From Callorhinchus milii (Eukaryota): 64,000 bases of DNA. The DNA lies in NCBI RefSeq assembly GCF_018977255.1, contig NW_024704743.1:46998001-47062000 (forward strand). Direction: 5' to 3'. Below are positions 1 to 12,449 of this stretch, one piece after another; the first letter of the stretch is position 1, and every line of letters begins with the position of its first letter. Both the position numbers and the translations under genes were made by a program. The notes under the pieces were generated by a model. It worked only from the letters and a program-made list of their open reading frames with translations, was not told where the DNA came from and ran no database searches.

Positions 1-2809
1 TTGATTCTGATGTTTATGGGAAAAATCCATCATCTAGCAAACTCTTGAATGAAAACCATCAATTACTTCACCAAAACATAAAATATTCATTTATTACTCT
101 GACACTTATTAGTACAATGTAAGGATTATTTATTATTATCTCAATAGGCTGTTGGACATCCTTCCGACGCGAAAGGCACTATTCTAATGTAATTTGTTGT
201 TGTTGTTAATTATGCCAATCCAATAATTAATATCATTATTTAAAAGTACTGACAGCCTCAGTGCTGCAATAAAACTGCAATTGTTATCCTCTTTTTTGAT
301 ATTCAAGGTGATTGTTTTGGATAGCGTTTGGATTGTCAAAACTTTTCAAATCCATGTTTTAAATTACAGCATTCACTTTATCTAAATACCCATTTCTGTT
401 TCTTGACTCTTCATTGTATTCTGATCGGATCATCCATTCCATTCTCTGTTGAGTCTGGGTGAATACATTCATAAGTCTGTCAAGCTTTACCCAGATATCA
501 GTGAATATCAGTGAATACTGCTGTTTACTTCAGTAAAATTTAAATAGAAAGCCTTCATCTCATGTAATTATGTTGCTCTGTTGTAGCAACTGTAGAAATT
601 TAATTTATTTTAAATTTAATACAGAAATACTGTTAATTGTGAATACTCATGAGAGAAAGGTTTTTTGTGTTACCATAACATTTGCCATTAGAGAATTCCA
701 AAAGTAAAGTAGCTGTAAATATATACATATTGAAGAGTTTTCAATTCCTATAAGAATTAATGGACGGAATGGCCTTCTTCTATGCTATAAATTTATATGG
801 TTCTAATGCAGCAATATAGATAAAATGGTCATGTCAGCTTACAATGTATTCTGCTTCTGGAATGCCTGTCAGCATTGCATAAATTAAGACATTTGTACCA
901 TTTGAAAACAACAACAAGATTACATTTGTATAGCGCCTTTCACGTCGGGATGACGTCCCAAGGTGCTGAAAAAGTGGCATAATTTGTGTGAATAAACTGA
1001 ATTCTGCAATATTAAAATATTGCTGTTAACATAAATAGCAAGATAACAACATAATATGCAATGCACACACAGCACTGAATATTATAGTGATTGCACTGGG
1101 TCCAAACCTAATATAAGAGGCCATAATAATATAAGCGTGTTTCTCACGCACTTGCTAATTTCTACTCAGGTATAGATCTATGATCCAGAAGGCCATCTTG
1201 GAAAACATGCTCTTTCTGGATAGTGTTCAACTCGAATGGCATTTGTGTCTACTTACACATGGGCATTGATTTTACTGCTATGTGAAAACATCAACATTTA
1301 GCAATTTTGAATGCAAATAGACATCGCATAAAATTGGGAGGTAAAGAATTCCTTTCAAATTTAACCAGACATGAAAATTTACAGAGGAACCAGCTGTGAA
1401 CTTTTCCAAGATCAATTAGGATTATTATTTTAAAAAGCATACCTTATGGATTTTGGAATGAAAACCTAGTGCAATAGCACATGCAGTGTTGCAAATGACA
1501 GGAGAGAGACCCCATTCAAAATTTTGTCTGCCCACACATTTGCTTGGGACTTGAGAAGCTACATACCATATACGAGATTGAACTCATTTACATGTAAAGT
1601 ACAGCCATAAAATGAAGGATAAAAATTTGCACTGATCTGTGTGATTGCACTTGGGAGACAGATTTGATAACTCGCTCACTTATCTCAACTGCCAATATAT
1701 GACAAGTCCCCAGGAAGAGCTTCCAACCAGGTAGAACTTTCTTCCCCTCCTGTCTGCAGTCGCAATATTCAGTGTAACGTTGTCTAAAGATAAATATTTA
1801 TCCGATCTGTCTAAATGTGGAAACACAGCAACCGTTGGCGGCTATTGATCCCCAGGCATCACTTTGCTTTTACACTACCTGGTTGGCTTAAGTTACCTGA
1901 CCTGACGGCCAACCTGAAGTGAGTGATCGACAGTAAAATCAGCATCACCTTCATAACAGGACATGGTGTTTAGAGTTAAATTGAAACCCGACGCAAATAT
2001 ACCTATGTAGATAGATATTGTGGCAAAACTCCAGCCGTAAAGTGTTCTGCTCGATATAAAAAGCTCCTTCGTGTTGAGTTACTGGGTGTGTTGCACTCTT
2101 GAGTGTTTTTTTATGTCAATCATTAACTTTTATAGTGACCACCTCACTGCGTTTCACTGAAACCTCCAAATAAAAAAAGGGGGCCGTCTGCAAACATCAA
2201 ACAATAAAGCTCTGACTTTTACCCCACAAGAAAAAACACTTTTTTTTAAAACATTTTAAAATAAAATCCAGCTCCTTTTCGATCTTGACTATAAACAGTT
2301 GTTGGGGTCGGAAGTCCAACGTGGGTTTGTGTTCTTCAACTTGCACAACAGTCACAGACAAACATGTCTCTTAAGAAGTATATGTCAGTTCTGAAGCAAT
2401 AACATTACTTTCAAGGCTGTTTCTGAGTCAGAACCGGGTTTTCTTCATATTTCTAAAGCCACGCAGTGCATCAACCTCAACTGCTGCAGTTCACACACCT
2501 GAACAGGGGAATGAAGGAAATGGAGGAGAACTTTATAGCCCTGGGTAAAAAAATAACTAAAAGCAGAAAGGATCTGCATTACGACAAATAAATATTTAAT
2601 GCATAATTCATGAAATATTCAAGGTATTATAAATTGACACTTTAATTTCAGCTCATCGCTATTTAAATTAAGGGGCTGCAAAACAAAACAATCTCCAGTT
2701 TAAGAGTCTTGTTGACAAATCCTAGGAAACGTGAAAAACTTTTCTTTTGTTTTTTTTGAAAAAAAAGGCGAGTGGATTGTATTGTTTTGTGTTTTGTTTT
2801 GTTTCTGGG

Positions 2810-3136
2810 TTACTTCTCTTCGTGTGACTTCCCGTGAGTGTTGTCTTCAAAAAACTTGGGGCTGTCGGGTAGAGCAGCCCGGACCCTGCGCTTCTCTTTG
2901 AAGCGCCCTGAGCGGGAAATGTTGAGGTTCCTGCGGGTGGATTTCTCGTTAAAGAGTTTGGAGTCTGGATACTCCTTGTCCTCGATCAGGTTGGGGGGTT
3001 TGTTTTCCTGGGCCCCCGTTTTGTCTGTGGCCGATTGCACATGCTCTGCCCCTGCCCCGATCTCCGCCAACTCCTTCGGCTTCTTCTTCACCGTGAAGGA
3101 TTTCCACCAGTTGGTCTTTCCACCACCGTCAGCCAT
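2810..3136 (-). CDS. PRR15: Proline-rich protein 15 (108 aa), single coding exon
   Basis: The ORF MADGGGKTNWWKSF...ENKPPNL...RRNLNISRSGRFKEKRRVRAAL matches PRR15 hallmarks (N-terminal WWKS; RRNLxISRSGRFKEKRxVRA). The start context is strong (AGAATGG). An acceptor (tttgtactgttgcag, minus strand) lies 24 nt upstream, so the exon starts at 3160. The gene is downstream of CHN2 on the same strand, as in human. Confidence 0.93.
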   Translation of the reverse strand: MADGGGKTNWWKSFTVKKKPKELAEIGAGAEHVQSATDKTGAQENKPPNLIEDKEYPDSKLFNEKSTRRNLNISRSGRFKEKRRVRAALPDSPKFFEDNTHGKSHEEK

Positions 3137-3219
3137 TCTCTCCCTCCCACCTCAGTCCGACTGCAACAGTACAAAGCATAGGGTTACACAAGCCAAGTGT
3201 GTGTGACAGAGAGAAATAA

Positions 3220-3430
3220 TGTATATACAGTGACATACATTAAACAAGACAAGAATATTGAGTGTCTGTATATACAGTGACATATATTACAATAAGAATA
3301 ATGTTCATCTGTATATACAGTGACATACATTAAACAAGACAAAAATAATGTTCATCTGTATATACAGTGGCATACATTACAATAAGACAAGAATAATGAG
3401 TGTCTGTATTAGTGACATACATTACATAAG
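3220..3430. repeat. Minisatellite, about 5 copies of a 43-48 bp unit
   Basis: Repeated tgtatatacagtgacatacatta...caagaataatg units in PRR15 intron 1. Confidence 0.85.
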
Positions 3431-3532
3431 CCATCACTAGAGGTGAAATCAGTTTAAAAAAATTATGATAGGTATAAAAATCCATCACGAATTTTATGAT
3501 CTGTGCTCCACATCATCAGTTCTGCACCCGGA

Positions 3533-3785
3533 CTCTCTCACTCCCTCTTTCCCTCCCTCCCTCCCTCCATCACTCCCTCACTCTCTGTCTCTCTCACTCA
3601 CTCCCTCACTCTCTGTCTCTCTCTCTCACTCACTCCCTCACTCTCTGTCTCTCTCACTTACTCCCTCACTCTCTGTCTCTCTCACTCACTCCCTCATTCT
3701 CTTTCACTCACTCTCTCACTCACTCTCTCACTCTCACTATCTCTCAGTCTCTCACCCTCTCAATCTCTCACTCTCTCTCACTCAC
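3533..3785. repeat. CT/CTCA-rich compound microsatellite
   Basis: Directly visible (ctca/ct)n tract; it generates the Ser/Leu/His-rich ORFs in three + frames. Confidence 0.95.
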
Positions 3786-3990
3786 CTGTTTGCTTCTCAC
3801 AAGCCTTGGAGTCGCCTCTACCTCCTCAACAACTTATGTATCAAATCCAGAGGTTTCTTTCCGGCGGCCGCTGTTAGTCCATGTTTGCGGGAAGTCCATG
3901 CAGTTGGTTTTCTCGTGTCCAAATGTGGGTGAAACAGGTCAGCAAGTCACCAGGAGGAGAGGAGCGGAGTGGGTTAGTGTGTGAGCCAGT
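3786..3990 (-). other. PRR15: Probable non-coding first exon (5'UTR) of PRR15
   Basis: A consensus donor CAG|GTGAGT on the minus strand at 3786/3785 pairs with the acceptor at 3161/3160 (intron about 625 nt). The exon lies just downstream of a GC-rich promoter-like block. The 5' boundary is a guess. Confidence 0.55.
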
Positions 3991-4200
3991 GGCTGCTCTC
4001 CTCTCAGCTGCAACCTGCACAGGTAAGGCTGGCCCACCCCGCCCCCTGCCTGCCCCGCACCGCTCCCCATTGGCCCGCTTCAGCCTGACGTGCGCCCAGT
4101 GCAGCAGGGGCTCCACCCACCGCCTCAGGTGTGTGCTGCTGCCTGGAGCTGCAGGTGGAGGTAAATGTCACTTTACCAACGCCAGTTCAATCGTGCGCAA
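3950..4200 (-). promoter_or_regulatory. Putative PRR15 promoter (GC/CpG-rich)
   Basis: Local GC/CpG enrichment with GC boxes (ccccgccc near 4037-4045), CCAAT on the minus strand (attgg 4069-4073), a CRE-like tgacgt (4086-4091) and E-boxes caggtg (4126-4131, 4152-4157). Confidence 0.55.
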
Positions 4201-4919
4201 ATATTCTGGGCGAGAAATACATCTTCCCCAAAAATTTCCAGTAAGTGGAAAGCAGCAGAACAAATCACAGCCTGCACTGGTCGGTTAGTGAGGTTAACAA
4301 ACTCCCATCACCTAGCAATGACACAAGAAATAGGAAATCTCCGAGGCTGGAGCTCAGACTCATTCCACCTGACCAGTAACTCACGAATTATTGCCACCTG
4401 GGACTGCTCTGTTGTGTTAAGAAGCCCTGCTAGCTGTCAAAATCTCCTTTACCCTATATATTGGTATTATATTATGGCTTTAATTTATTGTGTCACAAGG
4501 ACATGCCAGTTTATCAATCTCCTGCACAGGATCCGCTAAACAGCAACAACAAGATTACATTTGTATAGCGCCTTTCACGTCGGGAGGATGTCCCAAATAG
4601 TACAAGATGGATTTAAAAAACTTACATCCAGGTCATGGGTTCATTTGATCTTTATTACACTTCCAACAACAATAATGATCTTTACAGTGACTGCTTTAAC
4701 AATGGCAATTAGTGAACAATATACAAAAAAAATTATATGTGTAAATATATATTTATCAAAGTCTATTCCGCATAAAAAGGACAGTAACAGGAAAAATCAC
4801 AGCAAAGATAATAGTACATTGTTGGCTAATTAAAAAAAGGAGTAACACCATTGATACCATATACCTCCATATTTATGTCACTTATAAACTATAGACAAGT
4901 GTGTAGATGCTAAACAAAT

Positions 4920-5612
4920 AAGATAAATGGTACAATTTTAAATGGGGTGCAGGAAAGGAGAGAACTGGGGGTTCACATACACAAATCTTTGAAAATGGCA
5001 GGACAAGCTGACAAAACTGTTAAAATAGCATATGGGATCCTTGGCTTTATAAATAGAGGATTAGAGTATAAGAGAAAGGAAGTTATGTTGAACATTTACA
5101 AATCACTGGTTAGGCCTCAGCTGGAGTATTGTGTCCAATTCTGGGCAACTCACTTTAGGACAGGTGTCAGGGTCTTGTAGAGAGTGAAGATTTACAAGAA
5201 TGATACCAGAGATGAGGGACTACAAATATGTGGAGAGATTAGAGAGGCTGGGATTATTCTCTCTAGAGCAGAGAAGCTTGAGGGGAGATTTAATAGCTGT
5301 GTTCAAAATTGTGAGGGGATTTGATACAGTAGATAGGGAGAAACTGTTTCCTCTGGCGAGTGGGTCGGTAACCAGAGAAAACAGGTTTAAGATAATTGGC
5401 AAAAGAACTAGAGGGGTTACAAGGAGAATTTTTTTTTACCCAGAAAGTTTTTACGATTTGGATGGCACTGCCTGTGGAAGAAGATTGAATAATAGCTTTC
5501 AAAAGGTAGAAGCTTAACAAGGAAAAAATTACAGGGCTATACGGTAAGAGTGGGCGAGTGAGCCTAGTTGGTAGCTCTTTCAAAGAGCCAGCACAGGCAC
5601 GATGGGATTCTT
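4920..5612 (+). mobile_element. CR1-type LINE, 3' fragment
   Basis: Broken frames give YKSLVRPQLEYCVQFW and LGLFSLEQRSLRGDLI (CR1 ORF2 C-terminus), followed by the CR1 3'UTR. Confidence 0.9.
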
Positions 5613-6309
5613 CTTATTATTATTCATCAGATGCTGGGGGATATTCAAGGTGACTCAACAGCTCCAGCATTTGGCAGATTAGGCCACAGCAAGGGATCAT
5701 GATGTATCTGGTAGCGCAACTGGAATCATGATATAACAATGTTAACCAAGTGCCTCCAAACATTTTGAAGAAAAGCCTTAACCTGTGCATTAGTGCCAAC
5801 TATTCTTTCCATTTGCCTTCACCAAATTGTCACTGCTTCCACAAATGTGATTTTGTTGTTTGTTGGTTTTTAGGCATTTAGATTAGGTGCGTTTTGTCGA
5901 AAGAGACTATTTGTTCTGGTCATTTCTGGATGGATGGAATCCTGCACATGCTTTCTCAAACATGAAATTTAATCAAGCAGTTCTTCAAAATGGCTTTTTT
6001 CAGAAGTTGGTACTTTGAACAAAGATTCAAGATATTTATTTCCCCTTCTCTAAACCCCCCCACAATGTCTAGCAATTTGGAACTCCATCCCACATTCCCT
6101 TTGCCTCACTCCTTCCCTTGCCTCCTTCATGGCACATCCTCTTCAACCATATCTTCAGCCATCCTCCCTGATCACAACCCCCCTGCTCTGGGCCAAATCT
6201 CTGACTGTCCTCCTGACGCGAAAAGGTGCTATACAAATGTAATTTTGTATAGTATTTTAATTTGTGAAGCAGTTAAAAAAAATCCTTGCCTTTGATATAC
6301 AGTAGTGCC

Positions 6310-6715
6310 CTATCGTGTAATTTCAAAATGTTTCACAAGATTTCCCTGTAAAATAAAAAAGTCTACTGTGTATGTATCAGTGAACCCAGCAGCTAATTTG
6401 CCCACAGTATTGTCCCACAAATTGCCAGAAGTGAACAACCTATTTTATCTTGGAAATTGTGGGCCAACACATTGGAACAAACTCCCTTTAATTTTCAAAT
6501 AGCATTATTGGATTTCTAATGATTGCTTGAACAGGCACAACCTCAGTTCAATGTCTCATTGGTAGAACAGTACCTCCAACAGTGTAGCCCCTACCACGAC
6601 CACTGCACTGAAATGTCAACCTAGACTATGAGTGCAAAGTCCCGATGTGGGGACTTGTACCCACAGCTTTCTGATTCAAAGGGGAGCGTGTTGCCGACTA
6701 AGTCAGACTGCCATT
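6310..6715 (-). mobile_element. Deu-domain tRNA-derived SINE (SacSINE1-like), degraded
   Basis: Reverse complement shows a tRNA-like head, the gacatttcagtgcagt segment and the tgtgggacaatactgtgggcaaattagctgc Deu core. Confidence 0.65.
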
Positions 6716-6849
6716 CTTATCCAAATAGGTCCACTACAGTTATTTTGATCTTACCTTTCAGTGATTTTCCACACCAGTAACTTTCTCTCTGGTTGGAATC
6801 AATCATGTATTAACCATTATTCATAATGGCTGGATTATGTGTCCATTAT

Positions 6850-7325
6850 ACAAAGTACACAGGGATCAAACTATACAGTATTCTAGTCAGGCTGTACCTT
6901 GAACACTGTGTACAATTCCGGTTGTCTTGACATAAGGGGCCTGCACAGTTTCCAGAGGCAGTACAGGGGAGAGCAACAAAATGATCCCTGTGTTACAGGA
7001 ATGCTCTATGAGAAATGATTTGACAACGTAGGCTTCTTCACGAGATATCTCAGAGCTGTATAAAATTAATGGGATTGAAAAAGTAAACCCGGAACAATAC
7101 GGAACACATCAAGACAGTGGAAAAGGATGACAAGTGGCAGTTTTAGGACAGACATCAAGAAATATTTCTTTATCTAATTAATTAATAAGTTGCACAGGTT
7201 ACCAGGAAGGGTGATTGAGGATTGGATTCATTTAAAAACAGCTTGATGCAGTGATTGGAAGAAAGTAGGTTAGGTATTTTGAAAAGATGAGATCAAAAGG
7301 GTTGATGTGCCTTCTTCATCCAAAC
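6850..7325 (+). mobile_element. Old CR1 3' fragment
   Basis: Degraded ctagtcaggc...tgaacactgtgtacaattc and tttaggacagacatcaagaaatatttc CR1 motifs. Confidence 0.6.
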
Positions 7326-7449
7326 CAATCCTGTGAACAGATTTATAGAGGATTATTTCCTTACAGTTCTATTTGCTGTTGGCTGGGACCTAGATTTGTG
7401 ACTATAACATACAAAGACTTACAAATTATTTCCAGAATAGAGACAGACT

Positions 7450-8540
7450 ACACGTCCTTGTCAGTGTTTTTGCTCCACACGAGTCTTCACCCATTCTTTT
7501 CCTAAAACCTCTATTCCCTTCTCCCTCATGTGAAGGTTTAGCTTCCTCTTGAATGCATCTACATAATCTGATTCAACCACTGCTTCAGGCAGCGAGTTTC
7601 ACAATCTCACTACCTTCTGGATGAAGTAGTTTATCCTAAATTTTCTTTTTGATCCCCTACTTGTTATCTTATATTTGTGTCCCCTGGTTTCTGACTCCCC
7701 AAACAGTGGAAACAGCCTATTTATGCTAAACTTAATAAACCGGTTTATAATTTTAAACACTTCTATTAAGTCCTCCCTTAAACGTTTCTACACTAGCAAA
7801 AAAATTCCTAACCTGTCCAGTCTATCCTGATACCAGTAACCTGCTGACTCTGGTATCATCTATTGGTAAACCTATGCCTAAGACCCCATTAGCCTTTTTA
7901 TAACCTTAAGTGTAACTACTTTTAGAGATTTGTGGATCTGAATCCCCAGATTTCTTTGTTTGTTTACTCCTATTTGGTCCCTACTACTGTAGACATCCTC
8001 TTTATTTTTCCTGCCGAAGTGAATTACTTCGCATTTTCCTACACTGAACTTCATTTAGCATCTATCCACCCATTTTGCTGGTCTGTTTATGTCTTCCTGC
8101 ATTTTTCTGCAATTCCCTTTCACTGTTTACCATGTCCCACATTTTGATGTCATCTTCAAATGTTGACATCACATTTCCTATACCTGAATCCAAATCATTT
8201 ATGTATATGGTGAACAGTAACCATTCCAACATGGATCCCTATGGAACACCACTTCCTACTTCTTACCAGTCTGAGAAGATATCCTTAGCTCCTACCCTTG
8301 GCTTTCAGTTTCCTAATCCTTCCTTAATCCATTCTGTTATCTCTCCCATGATTCCACATGTTCCTATTTTTTGCATGACCCTCTCACACAGCATTTTATC
8401 AAAGACCTTTTAGAAATGCAGATGAACCACGTCGACTGAATTTCCTTCATCTACTTTATTAATTACATCTTCAAAGAATTCAATAAGATTAGCCAAGTGT
8501 GTCCTTCCTTGTGTGAATGCATGCTGGCTGTTATTATATT
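7450..8540 (-). mobile_element. Old CR1 RT fragment
   Basis: Minus-strand peptide QHAFTQGRTHLANLIEFFEDV...VDVVHLHF plus downstream CR1 motifs. Confidence 0.8.
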
Positions 8541-9459
8541 CTCCTCTTTCAGATTCTATAGTAAAACCTGATTTCTGAAATATGAAAGTGACTCTCAAAC
8601 AAATATGGTCACATTCTACTAATGTCTTCTCAGTAGAAATGTTGCTGTTCTCACCACTCTGCAAATATCTGTCCACAGCCAGATATTTAGAAAATCATTG
8701 GTTCTATGCTTCTAGTCATAGCTGTGCAGCTGCTCTGGTAAATGATTAATGGAATTCTGAGCCATTGGTGTCAGTACATTTATTTGTTCTTTTAATAAAG
8801 CTGCTTCATTACTGCATTAATGTAATGGTATAATTTGAGAGGTTGAATGTCTTCCAATAAACAGGATGATTTAACTTAAATTATAGTACACTGGGAATCC
8901 ATTTCCTTTGTGTCGCTGGTCTGACCAGCTTTTCGCACATGCATAGTAACATTCAAAGTCCCACCCATACATAAACTGTTGTTGCTTCTATGGCTACTAC
9001 ATAACACTGAAGTGGATACAAAACAGTTTCTGTGACATAAACCACAAGAAGAAGGTGTGACCTGCCAACTTTGTAATACATCTTTCCAATACAAAAACTC
9101 AGAGTACAATGACATGCCTGATTACGTACTAGCAGAATGTTTAGCTCAAAGTACATGCAAAACAGTTATTAAAGAACATGCAAAACCTATTTTTTTAAAA
9201 ATGTATTATTCACATCTCAAAAATCTTTACAGCATATACTGTAAAGTAACTTTGTAGACAAATGTAGCAGCCAATTTGCACAGAGCAAATTGGCATAGCT
9301 ACTTATCACGTCTTCGAGATGGATCAAAGCACTGCACAGAATATGCTGTAAAATGAATTGACTATATTTTGAAGGCCATAAGTGAATACCAATTTTAAGC
9401 GCTCCATGATCATACCTTGTGTGATATACAAGTTGTTGTTGTTTATTTGGGGGATTGTT

Positions 9460-9735
9460 GACACCGGCCTCCTGCTCATTCCTTGCAACCTCCTCCCCAC
9501 CATCGGAGGTCGCACTTTCAGGCACTACACCCCAAAACTCTGGAAGACTCTCCCTCAATCCCTCTGCCTTGCCTCCTCTTCCCCCTCTTTCAAGTCCCGC
9601 CTGAAAACTTTTCTCTTCGACTGTGATTACGGCCACTCCCCACTCCCCCCTGGTTGGAGTCAGGCTCCACCACTGTTTAGCGCTCTGAGACACTACCCTG
9701 CGTGGAGGGTGCTATATAAGTGCAAGTTGTTGTTT
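9460..9735 (+). mobile_element. L2 LINE 3' end (tail variant with gacactaccctgcgtggagggtgc)
   Basis: Peptide PTIGGRTFRHYTPKLWKTLPQSL...FKSRLKTFLF and a (ttg)n tail. Confidence 0.8.
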
Positions 9736-9964
9736 ATGTTGGCTGGGACACCAGGAGAAACTCCCTTTAATTAGGTTAAAGAGTGAAGGTTACCTTACAC
9801 ACCTTCTATTGTGATCATCTAATATTATTTCCAACGATATTATAATCTGTATTTGTGGAGAGGAAATTATAACTGTACAGCTGCCTAATGTAATGGAGAC
9901 CATAATATTTTCATTCACTGCAGCATGTTTCACATTTAAATTCACCTGTTTACAGTGCTCATAT

Positions 9965-10430
9965 TCCATGCCTCAATGGTTTGGTTGGTAAATAAACTTC
10001 ACTGAGTAAAACAGACCAGGGAAGTGTCAGGTTCAGTCTTTGATCTGTACTGAATTAGCTAAGCTCAGCCAGAGGAGAAACTGAAGCCATCCCATCCAGT
10101 TACTCCTTTCGTCATACTCCACTACCCTTGCCCTCCACCCCTCTTGATTCGAACCCCCAGCTCGGATGCAAGCCCTTCACTATCCAGCGCCTTGGGACAT
10201 CCTCACGACGTGAAAGGTGTTTTATAAATGCAATTTGTTCTTGTTATTGAGAAGGGTAAAGGATCTTTGTCCTCTACATCTCCAAGTTATACCAGGGTTC
10301 CCTGTCATGGTAACTAACCATTGAACGCTGTTGGGAAGCATGCTCTATGGATATTGTGTTCAAACAAAATTGAACTTGATGTAAAATATCTAACATTCAT
10401 ATGAAGAATAACCACCTAGGCCATGTACCA
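9965..10430 (+). mobile_element. Old SINE-like repeat (family unassigned) interrupted by an L2 3' end at about 10090-10250
   Basis: Segment cagaccagggaag...caggttcagtc...tctgtactgaattagct...ctcagcc recurs at about 15340-15450, 35740-35890 and 36870-37080 (minus). Confidence 0.5.
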
Positions 10431-11054
10431 AAGGGACACAAGTAGTTTGTAACCTTGCTGCAGCATAAATCACTATCACATCTCATCACATTCAAAGTGC
10501 ACATTTAAAACTAAATCATGAAAAATATTTTACGCTGGGCACCTTCACAGTTCAGCTAAAGAAACAATAAGTGCATAGGGATAAAATGTAGAATTGTACT
10601 AAACAGTAAAAGAAAATGAACCGTAATACAGGAGACCTTGCTAAGAACACAGGGAACAAGAAATACCTGTTATTGGGTTAATATATTTCATCAGTAAACT
10701 GAGGATTCATTTTCATAACTATTCAATTAATTTTAAAAAATGTTGTGATCAGATGGGTGTCTGACAAATGTGGAAATCCATCATCGTGCTTAAGAGTATC
10801 CAAACCAAGCTGAGATTTCCGTGCATCCCACCTACGTGGAAATCCCAGAGATAGATTGCTGGAATGGAATGCGCATTCTCTCCCTGGAGGGAGGCATCCT
10901 GCTTACCTAATTCTGGAAAGTATTAGGTGCAGGTTGGCAAGAATCAAGGCTTGGGGGCCCCAGAGTGTGTGTTGGGGTACTGCTGGAGTCTAACCAGCTA
11001 AAACCACATAGGTTGTCATTGATAGCACTGTCCAGCAAGCTTTCTCAAGCAAAC

Positions 11055-11510
11055 CCAACTCCACTGACTTCCCATCACACAGAGGATACAGTTCAAGATC
11101 CTGGTCCTCACCTTCAAAGCCCACCACGATCGTGCTCCCCCTATCTCTGCGACCTCATAACCCCCTATCATCCTGTTTGCTCCCTCCGCTCAGCAGACCC
11201 CGACCTGCTTCATGTCCTCCGCCTCGCTCGCCCCACTATTGGCGGGTGGGCCTTCCACCACTCTGACCCCTTCCTCTGGATCTCCACCCCGCAGTCCCTC
11301 CACCTCGCCCCTCCCACCACCTTCAAGACCCATCTTAAGACCCTCCTCTTCAACAGTGCTTTCGATCTCCCTGCTTCCCCCCTGCCCTCCATCCTCCCCG
11401 ATCCCGACATCCAGCTCAGGTCCGTAACTCCGTCTGTCCAGCACCTTGGGACATCCTCCCGACATGAAAGGCGCTATACAGATTTAATTATGTTGTTTTT
11501 GTTGTTGTTT
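11055..11510 (+). mobile_element. L2 LINE 3' fragment
   Basis: Peptide PYLCDLITPY...RPTIGGWAF...FKTHLKTLLF and the stem-loop tail with (ttg)n. Confidence 0.9.
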
Positions 11511-11563
11511 CTTGCTGCTTGTCCAGCTAGGACCACCCTACCTATTACCACTTTGGCTTTCAG

Positions 11564-11864
11564 GGAGTTCTATAGCTCAGTGGTTAGAGCACTCGCCTTG
11601 CAACCGAGACACTTGGATTCAATTCCAGGCAGGGTAAAATCTTGGGCAAGTTTCCTTACTCCACACGCCTAATAATAATCCCTCCAAAAAAAAAGACAAT
11701 AACAAATTGGTAATTTTCAATCCACGACTGCTGTGTGCAATTGGCTGCCGTGTTTCGCCCACACATATAAGGTCAATTCACTTTATAGCGTATTCTGTGA
11801 AGCGCTTTGAGACGTCTAGAAGATGTGAAAAGCACTATATCAAATGCAAGGATTATTATTATTA
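11564..11864 (+). mobile_element. tRNA(Ala)-like SINE, short subfamily, L2-type tail
   Basis: Box A tagctcagtgg, box B attcaattcc, partial Deu core and (tta)n tail. Confidence 0.88.
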
Positions 11865-12232
11865 CCAGGAGCTGAGTGAGATGACTCCCTGCCCCCAGCG
11901 ACCAGGTACCGCCGATGAGCCAGACTGGCTGTGCTGTCATCAGCAATGCCCTGGACTACTAGTGAACCGCTTGGCTCTCTGTACTGTCATCACCAAAATC
12001 AATTAACTGTAAGAGAAGTAGTTACATATTACTATGGCGTATTAAAATGAATTTAAGCATTACTCAAATAGCCTCTTTCTGCAAATATACTGTAATTCTA
12101 TTGTCAGATTTTGGTGCAGAATAACGTTAAATACCTCCAAAATATATATAATGGGCCAAACATCATTTAAAGCAGTGATCATGTTTGAGATGGGAGGATG
12201 TGAAGATTGAAGGGCAATTATCTTCATGAAAA

Positions 12233-12449
12233 AATATTGAAGTGGCTGGGAACAGTCAGCAGTTCAGGCAGCATCTATGGAGAGAGGAAAGTGAATTAAC
12301 GTTTCAGGTCGATGACCTTTCATCAGATGGGTCATCGACCTGAAACATTAACCTACTTTCCTCTCTCCATAGATGTTGCCTGACCTGCTGAGTGTTTCCA
12401 ACACTTTTTGTTTTTATTTCAGATTTCAGCATCCGTAGTATTTTGCATT
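12233..12449. mobile_element. Palindromic element with about 72-bp arms (Penelope-like terminal remnant, family inferred)
   Basis: Arms at 12246-12317 and about 12329-12402 are reverse complements. The element is flanked by direct repeats ttatc(t/c)tcatgaaaa at 12218-12232 and 12450-12464. Confidence 0.7.

Noticed and set aside
2838..3206. 122-aa + strand ORF
   Set aside because: It is the antisense shadow of the PRR15 CDS, with no ATG start and no recognisable domain.
3465..3984. Three overlapping Ser/Leu/His-rich ORFs
   Set aside because: They arise from a stop-free CT/CA microsatellite.
10965..11672. 235-aa ORF
   Set aside because: It is a read-through across an L2 3' fragment and a SINE head, not a host gene.
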